Shown here: in pieces, positions 20,629 to 24,384 of the stretch
How the letters are laid out: every line of letters begins with the position of its first letter
Numbering within the stretch: the first letter of the stretch is position 1
Origin: an uncultured bacterium
GTDB taxonomy: Bacteria; CSSED10-310; CAZUFC01
Assembly (NCBI GenBank): GCA_964619725.1
Contig: CAZUFC010000119.1
Location: 1-24,384, forward strand
Direction of reading: 5' to 3'
DNA: 24,384 bases
Translations under genes and position numbers: made by a program
Notes under the pieces: model-generated
What the model saw: the letters and a program-made list of their open reading frames with translations, nothing else
Told to the model about the DNA's origin: nothing
Databases searched by the model: none

Positions 20629-23118
20629 ATGAGAGCATTAAAAACAATAGTTTTAATTCTTCCGGCGCTCTGTGCCGTCGCGGTTTTGGCGGAAATCCCG
20701 TACCAGATATCTTACCAGGGACACTTGATGAATTCCGCTGGAGAGCCATTGGAAGGGAATTTCGGATTTACGTTCCGAATTTATGATGTAACAAGCGGCG
20801 GTACGGCGCTGTGGGAAGAGATTCAAAACAGCGTTGCCGTAACGTCTGGATTATTTCATGTCACGTTAGGAGGGACGGTCCCGATCGACCCGGAGCAGGT
20901 GGATTTCAACGGAAATTTCTGGCTGGAGGTTGAAGTCGACGGAGAAGCGCTGACGCCCCGGCAACCGTTAAACAGCATCGGTCAGGCCTACAGATCGGAA
21001 AATTCCGAAGATGTATACAACGAGGATATTCATCCGAGGAGCATTTCTATTACAGGTTACGGCGCCGTCATAGACGAGTATGGACAGTGGGTGGGCGATC
21101 CGACGGGCTTGATCGGTCCGACGGGTCCGCAGGGTGATACAGGGCCCATTGGTCCCCAAGGCGATACAGGATCAATTGGTCCGCAGGGCATTACCGGTCC
21201 CGTTGGCCCGCAGGGGGATACAGGCCCGACTGGAGAGACTGGTCCGATTGGACCGCAGGGTCATACCGGTCCAGTTGGTCCACAAGGCGACACGGGTTTG
21301 ATTGGCCCGCAGGGAGTTACAGGTCCGATTGGCCCGCAAGGCCATACGGGTCCGATTGGTCCACAGGGAAATACCGGTTTGATTGGTCCGCAGGGCGATA
21401 CCGGCGCCATTGGCCCACAGGGCGATACAGGATCGATCGGTCCACAGGGCGATACAGGTCCGATTGGTCCACAGGGAGATACAGGTCCGATTGGGCCGCA
21501 AGGCAATACAGGACCCATTGGCCCACAGGGCGACACTGGTTCCACAGGGCCGCAGGGTCATACAGGTCCCATTGGCCCCCAAGGCGACACAGGAATGGGT
21601 GGCCCGCAGGGCGATACCGGTTCGCAGGGCTCTCCAGGCGAACAAGGTCCCCAGGGCGACACGGGCTTCATTGGTCCGCAAGGACCGCAGGGGAATACTG
21701 GCCCGCAAGGACCCCAAGGTTATACCGGTCCGCAGGGTTCTCAAGGCGAACAAGGCTCCAAAGGGGACACGGGCCCCATTGGTCCGCAAGGACCGCAGGG
21801 GAATACAGGTCCGCAAGGACCCCAAGGTTATACCGGTCCGCAGGGTTCTCAAGGCGAACAAGGCCCCAAAGGCGACACGGGCCCTATTGGTCTGCAAGGA
21901 CCGCAGGGGCATACTGGCCCGCAAGGACCCCAAGGTTATACCGGTTCGCAGGGCCCTCCAGGCGAACAAGGTCCCCAGGGCGACACGGGACCGATTGGTC
22001 CGCTGGGACATACAGGTCCGGCAGGCCCGCAGGGCGATACAGGACCTGCAGGTCCTGTTGCGGGAAATGACGGACAAATCATTTACAATAACGGAGGCGC
22101 TGCCGGCGGAGCGGAAATATACTACAACGACGCCAACGGCTGCCTGGGCATTGGAACGAGTTCCCCGACGAGCGCGCTGCACATTGTTAAAAACTCACCG
22201 GCTGATTTTCTTGGCAGGCTTAAGAACCTGGGTTACAACGGAGTCTCCGGATTCGCCCTGTTTGATGAAGAGGACAATTTCCAGGCCGACATGGGTTGGG
22301 ACAACCAGGCGGACACGTTCAGATTGAGGGCCGGACCTGGGCAGAGCATCCATCTTTATGGGAACAATAATGCGAACAACGGCATCTATATTTCCGGGAC
22401 AAACTATATCGGTATTGGAACCAGGGACCCTCAAGCGAAATTGCACATCGAAGCGCCCGGAAACAACGTGGTGCGTTTCCGTGCCGGCACGACCGATCCT
22501 ACATTATACATCCATACGAGAAATGCCGACAAGGCAGCAACCATAACTTTCACGGACAATCCCGCTGCCAGCGTCGATCAACTCGCGATAGTGGGAACAA
22601 GCATGTCCGGAAATTATAACCTTGATTTCTATTCCATGTCCGGTGAAATAGCCTTTCGAACGGGAGGAACGGACTATAATACGGGAACAGAACGCATGGT
22701 CATCGCTCATGACGGCGATGTCGGAATCGGAACGACAGACCCCGGCAGTTATAGACTTTACGTGGCAGGCTCCGCATACTCAACAGGCGGCTGGAGCGGT
22801 TCAGACGCCCGATGGAAGACAAACGTCAAACCGCTTCGGAACAGTCTTCAAAAATTAATGCTGCTTCAAGGCGTGCAATACGAATGGAACCTGGATAAAT
22901 ACCGGAATATGGGCTTCACGCAAGGAACTCAAATCGGCCTGATCGCCCAGGATGTCGAACCCGTTATCCCCGAACTGGTCTATACCGGTGAAGACGGTTA
23001 TAAGTCGATTTCCTATGAAAAAATGACCGTTATCCTGATTGAAGCGCTCAAAGAACAGCAAAGGACTATCGCACGTCTTGAGAAAAAAATCGCTGCGCTT
23101 GAGGATGATATTCGATAA
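20629..23118 (+). CDS. Exported collagen-like trimeric fibre protein with C-terminal Peptidase_S74 (intramolecular chaperone) domain, ~829 aa
   Basis: Start moved from TTG 20518 to ATG 20629 (or TTG 20626) because of the AGAGGAGG RBS and signal peptide [25 protein letters not shown]-domain ISYQGHL...GGTALWEE...GLFHVTLG, then a Gly-X-Y tract, three GIGTxxP..L(H/Y)(I/V) repeats, SDARWKTNV...[16 protein letters not shown] and a coiled-coil end. Confidence 0.9.
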   Translation: MRALKTIVLILPALCAVAVLAEIPYQISYQGHLMNSAGEPLEGNFGFTFRIYDVTSGGTALWEEIQNSVAVTSGLFHVTLGGTVPIDPEQVDFNGNFWLEVEVDGEALTPRQPLNSIGQAYRSENSEDVYNEDIHPRSISITGYGAVIDEYGQWVGDPTGLIGPTGPQGDTGPIGPQGDTGSIGPQGITGPVGPQGDTGPTGETGPIGPQGHTGPVGPQGDTGLIGPQGVTGPIGPQGHTGPIGPQGNTGLIGPQGDTGAIGPQGDTGSIGPQGDTGPIGPQGDTGPIGPQGNTGPIGPQGDTGSTGPQGHTGPIGPQGDTGMGGPQGDTGSQGSPGEQGPQGDTGFIGPQGPQGNTGPQGPQGYTGPQGSQGEQGSKGDTGPIGPQGPQGNTGPQGPQGYTGPQGSQGEQGPKGDTGPIGLQGPQGHTGPQGPQGYTGSQGPPGEQGPQGDTGPIGPLGHTGPAGPQGDTGPAGPVAGNDGQIIYNNGGAAGGAEIYYNDANGCLGIGTSSPTSALHIVKNSPADFLGRLKNLGYNGVSGFALFDEEDNFQADMGWDNQADTFRLRAGPGQSIHLYGNNNANNGIYISGTNYIGIGTRDPQAKLHIEAPGNNVVRFRAGTTDPTLYIHTRNADKAATITFTDNPAASVDQLAIVGTSMSGNYNLDFYSMSGEIAFRTGGTDYNTGTERMVIAHDGDVGIGTTDPGSYRLYVAGSAYSTGGWSGSDARWKTNVKPLRNSLQKLMLLQGVQYEWNLDKYRNMGFTQGTQIGLIAQDVEPVIPELVYTGEDGYKSISYEKMTVILIEALKEQQRTIARLEKKIAALEDDIR
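21106..22059 (+). repeat. Collagen tract: 106 uninterrupted Gly-X-Y triplets
   Basis: 954 bp = 106 x 9, counted by hand from GLI to GPV. First part has a 27-bp (GPQ-GxT-GxI) period; 21619-21996 is ~3.5 copies of a 108-bp (36-aa) unit. Confidence 0.95.
22801..23115 (+). other. Peptidase_S74 / chaperone-of-endosialidase auto-processing domain plus coiled coil
   Basis: S-D-x-R-x-K motif (SDARWK) carrying the Ser/Lys dyad, GLIAQ(D/E)V and PELV motifs, and terminal [22 protein letters not shown]. Confidence 0.88.
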
Positions 23119-23143
23119 AAAAATCAGCAAACAAAAAATTCAG

Positions 23144-23791
23144 TCATTGTCGGCATTGATCAGAAATGCGTTTTACGAGGTTACGATCCTGCGGAATATC
23201 CAACCATTTATTTTCGATTTCGATTTCGATTGCGATACCGATGGAGATACCGATTACGATATCGACCACGACCCCGATACCGATTGCGATACCGACACAA
23301 ATTGTCAAAAGTTTTGAAAGAATTGTAACCCCGGCTTGATCAATCCCAAAAAATCCAGCCTCATGGCGAAGACGATCCATCTCCCGCGTCAAAGAAATTA
23401 TTATTCCCTCTTGCTTAGCTCGAAGGAGAATTCCCAATACGCCTGTCGGCTTTAATCCCATCGCCCTGGCGACTGAACGGCCTTCTGCTTCGTCGATTAG
23501 AATCCTTCTGCTTCGTGATTCAATCGCAAGCGCTATTGCCGCAGCTTCCCCGGCATCCAGCGTCATCAAGAACGATTTTTTCAGACTTACTTGCGTCAAC
23601 GGTTTAATGATAATTATTTTAGAATCTATAGCCTTCTGAATTCGTTCCATTTCAGGATACTCATGACCGATGCTCGATTCTTTCAACACTTCTTGCGGAA
23701 TGGAAACATACGAGAATTGATCATGCAACAAATTAAGACGATTAAGACTTGCGAGATTCCATATCGGAGAAGTGTTGCTTACTGCTGACAT
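23144..23791 (-). CDS. DUF3368-type PIN-domain protein (putative toxin); native sequence to ~aa 148, then a 67-aa read-through tail into a repeat element; may be a pseudogene
   Basis: Real start is likely ATG 23791 (MSAVSNTSPI), with GGAGG upstream inside the antitoxin gene. Motifs VSNTSP, IPQEVLKE, LDAGEAAAIALA, ILIDEAEGR, GLKPTGVLGILLRAKQEG, EAGFF. The sequence after 23348 is element-derived. Confidence 0.8.
   Translation of the reverse strand: MSAVSNTSPIWNLASLNRLNLLHDQFSYVSIPQEVLKESSIGHEYPEMERIQKAIDSKIIIIKPLTQVSLKKSFLMTLDAGEAAAIALAIESRSRRILIDEAEGRSVARAMGLKPTGVLGILLRAKQEGIIISLTREMDRLRHEAGFFGIDQAGVTILSKLLTICVGIAIGIGVVVDIVIGISIGIAIEIEIENKWLDIPQDRNLVKRISDQCRQ
23152..23347. mobile_element. MITE-like element family A, complete copy (196 bp, 11-bp terminal inverted repeats)
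   Basis: GGCATTGATCA (23152-23162) ... TGATCAATCCC (23337-23347), 10/11 complementary. Internal hexamer array (TTCGAT/ACCGAT/TGCGAT-type, ~23212-23295). Homologous to 386-540 and 936-967 in inverted orientation. No target-site duplication evident. Confidence 0.75.
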
Positions 23792-24029
23792 AAGCAACGT
23801 CTTCCTCCAAATCCTGGTCGGTATAATGTCGAGGGATACCCCGCCGGCCAAGCAACAAGCCGAATTCGACACGGTTCAAGGAAGTCAGTTCGCAGGCCTT
23901 GCCGAACGATAGAATACCTCTGCTGTAAAGCGCCACAGCTAATTCTATAAAAAGCTGCCGGCGTTGTTCCGATTCAGGCATGCGCATCGCTTGAACGACC
24001 TCATCTGGAATTTCTAATATCAAACTCAT
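23742..24029 (-). CDS. UPF0175-family protein (putative antitoxin), ~95 aa
   Basis: Real start is likely ATG 24029 (MSLILEIPDEV). Family-like motif ELAVALYSRGILSFGKACELTSLNRVEFGLLLGRRGIP...YTDQDLEED. Overlaps the start of the PIN gene by 50 bp. The ORF-track extension to 24131 is repeat DNA. Confidence 0.85.
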   Translation of the reverse strand: MSLILEIPDEVVQAMRMPESEQRRQLFIELAVALYSRGILSFGKACELTSLNRVEFGLLLGRRGIPRHYTDQDLEEDVAYVSSKQHFSDMESRKS

Positions 24030-24031
24030 TT

Positions 24032-24384
24032 CACTCTCTAGTTTCTGTCCATAAACGGCGAATTTCCTCTGATGCTGCGTCACGCTGCGGATTCGCTCAG
24101 TCAAAGTAAACGTAATACACATCCTTCGCAAATCCTTGCCTTCCTTGCCTTAAGTAAAATTCGCTCGTTTGTGGATCAGAAACCGCAGTGCTTGTCCAGC
24201 ATAGAAATTTGAATCGCGAATCGAGTTTATGGACAAGCACTCTCTAGTTTTTGTCCATAAACGGCGAATTTTCCCCAATACTGCGTCAGGCTGCGGATTT
24301 GCTCAGTCAACGTATAAGCAATATCCCTACCTCGCAAATCCTTGTCTTAATTGCTTTAAGATAAATTCGCCCGTTTATGGATCA
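24032..24384. repeat. 206-bp-period tandem array of palindromic elements (143-bp element B alternating with a 55-bp mini-palindrome); continues off the right edge
   Basis: CACTCTCTAGTTT(C/T)TGTCCATAAACGGCGAATTT at 24032 and 24238, with similarity throughout the unit. Element B1 (24041-24183) has ~26-bp imperfect terminal inverted repeats. 24187-24241 has a perfect 12-bp IR, AGTGCTTGTCCA/TGGACAAGCACT. Confidence 0.88.

Noticed and set aside
21172-22327. Long alternative-frame ORFs (336 aa minus, 314 aa plus, 94 aa PVSPCGP repeat)
   Set aside because: Stop-free by-products of the GC-rich Gly-X-Y codon repeat.
20629-23118. Prophage tail-fibre gene / prophage region
   Set aside because: The protein has a Sec-type signal peptide, and no capsid, terminase, integrase or other tail genes lie in the window.
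23039-23317. 92-aa ORF with DFDFDCDTD repeats
   Set aside because: Translation of the hexamer core of element A; it overlaps two better-supported genes.
24032-24384. CRISPR array or integron attC sites
   Set aside because: The 206-bp units are similar along their whole length with no unique spacers, and no cas genes are seen. The palindrome ends do not fit the RYYYAAC...GTTRRRY attC arrangement.

Overview
Bacterial DNA dominated by secreted/cell-surface genes and bracketed by small palindromic repeat elements. An 18.4-kb minus-strand gene encodes a 6128-aa protein: signal peptide, HEXXH zincin-like metalloprotease domain, four ~1300-aa right-handed beta-helix modules (5 sub-repeats each) joined by Thr/Pro linkers, and a C-terminal PVPAT-TM-basic sorting-signal-like tail. 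Just upstream lies a small exported beta-rich protein gene. Divergently transcribed is an exported collagen-like fibre gene (106 uninterrupted Gly-X-Y triplets, C-terminal Peptidase_S74-type auto-cleaving chaperone). On the right is a UPF0175/DUF3368(PIN)-type toxin-antitoxin pair: the toxin 3' end runs into a 196-bp MITE-like element, and the antitoxin start abuts a 206-bp-period palindromic repeat array. The same MITE-like family recurs at 386-540 and ~822-967 in a nested, duplicated repeat patch on the left. The window starts with the 5' end of a metallophosphoesterase gene missing from the ORF track. All family calls are by-eye motif recognition; no searches were run.
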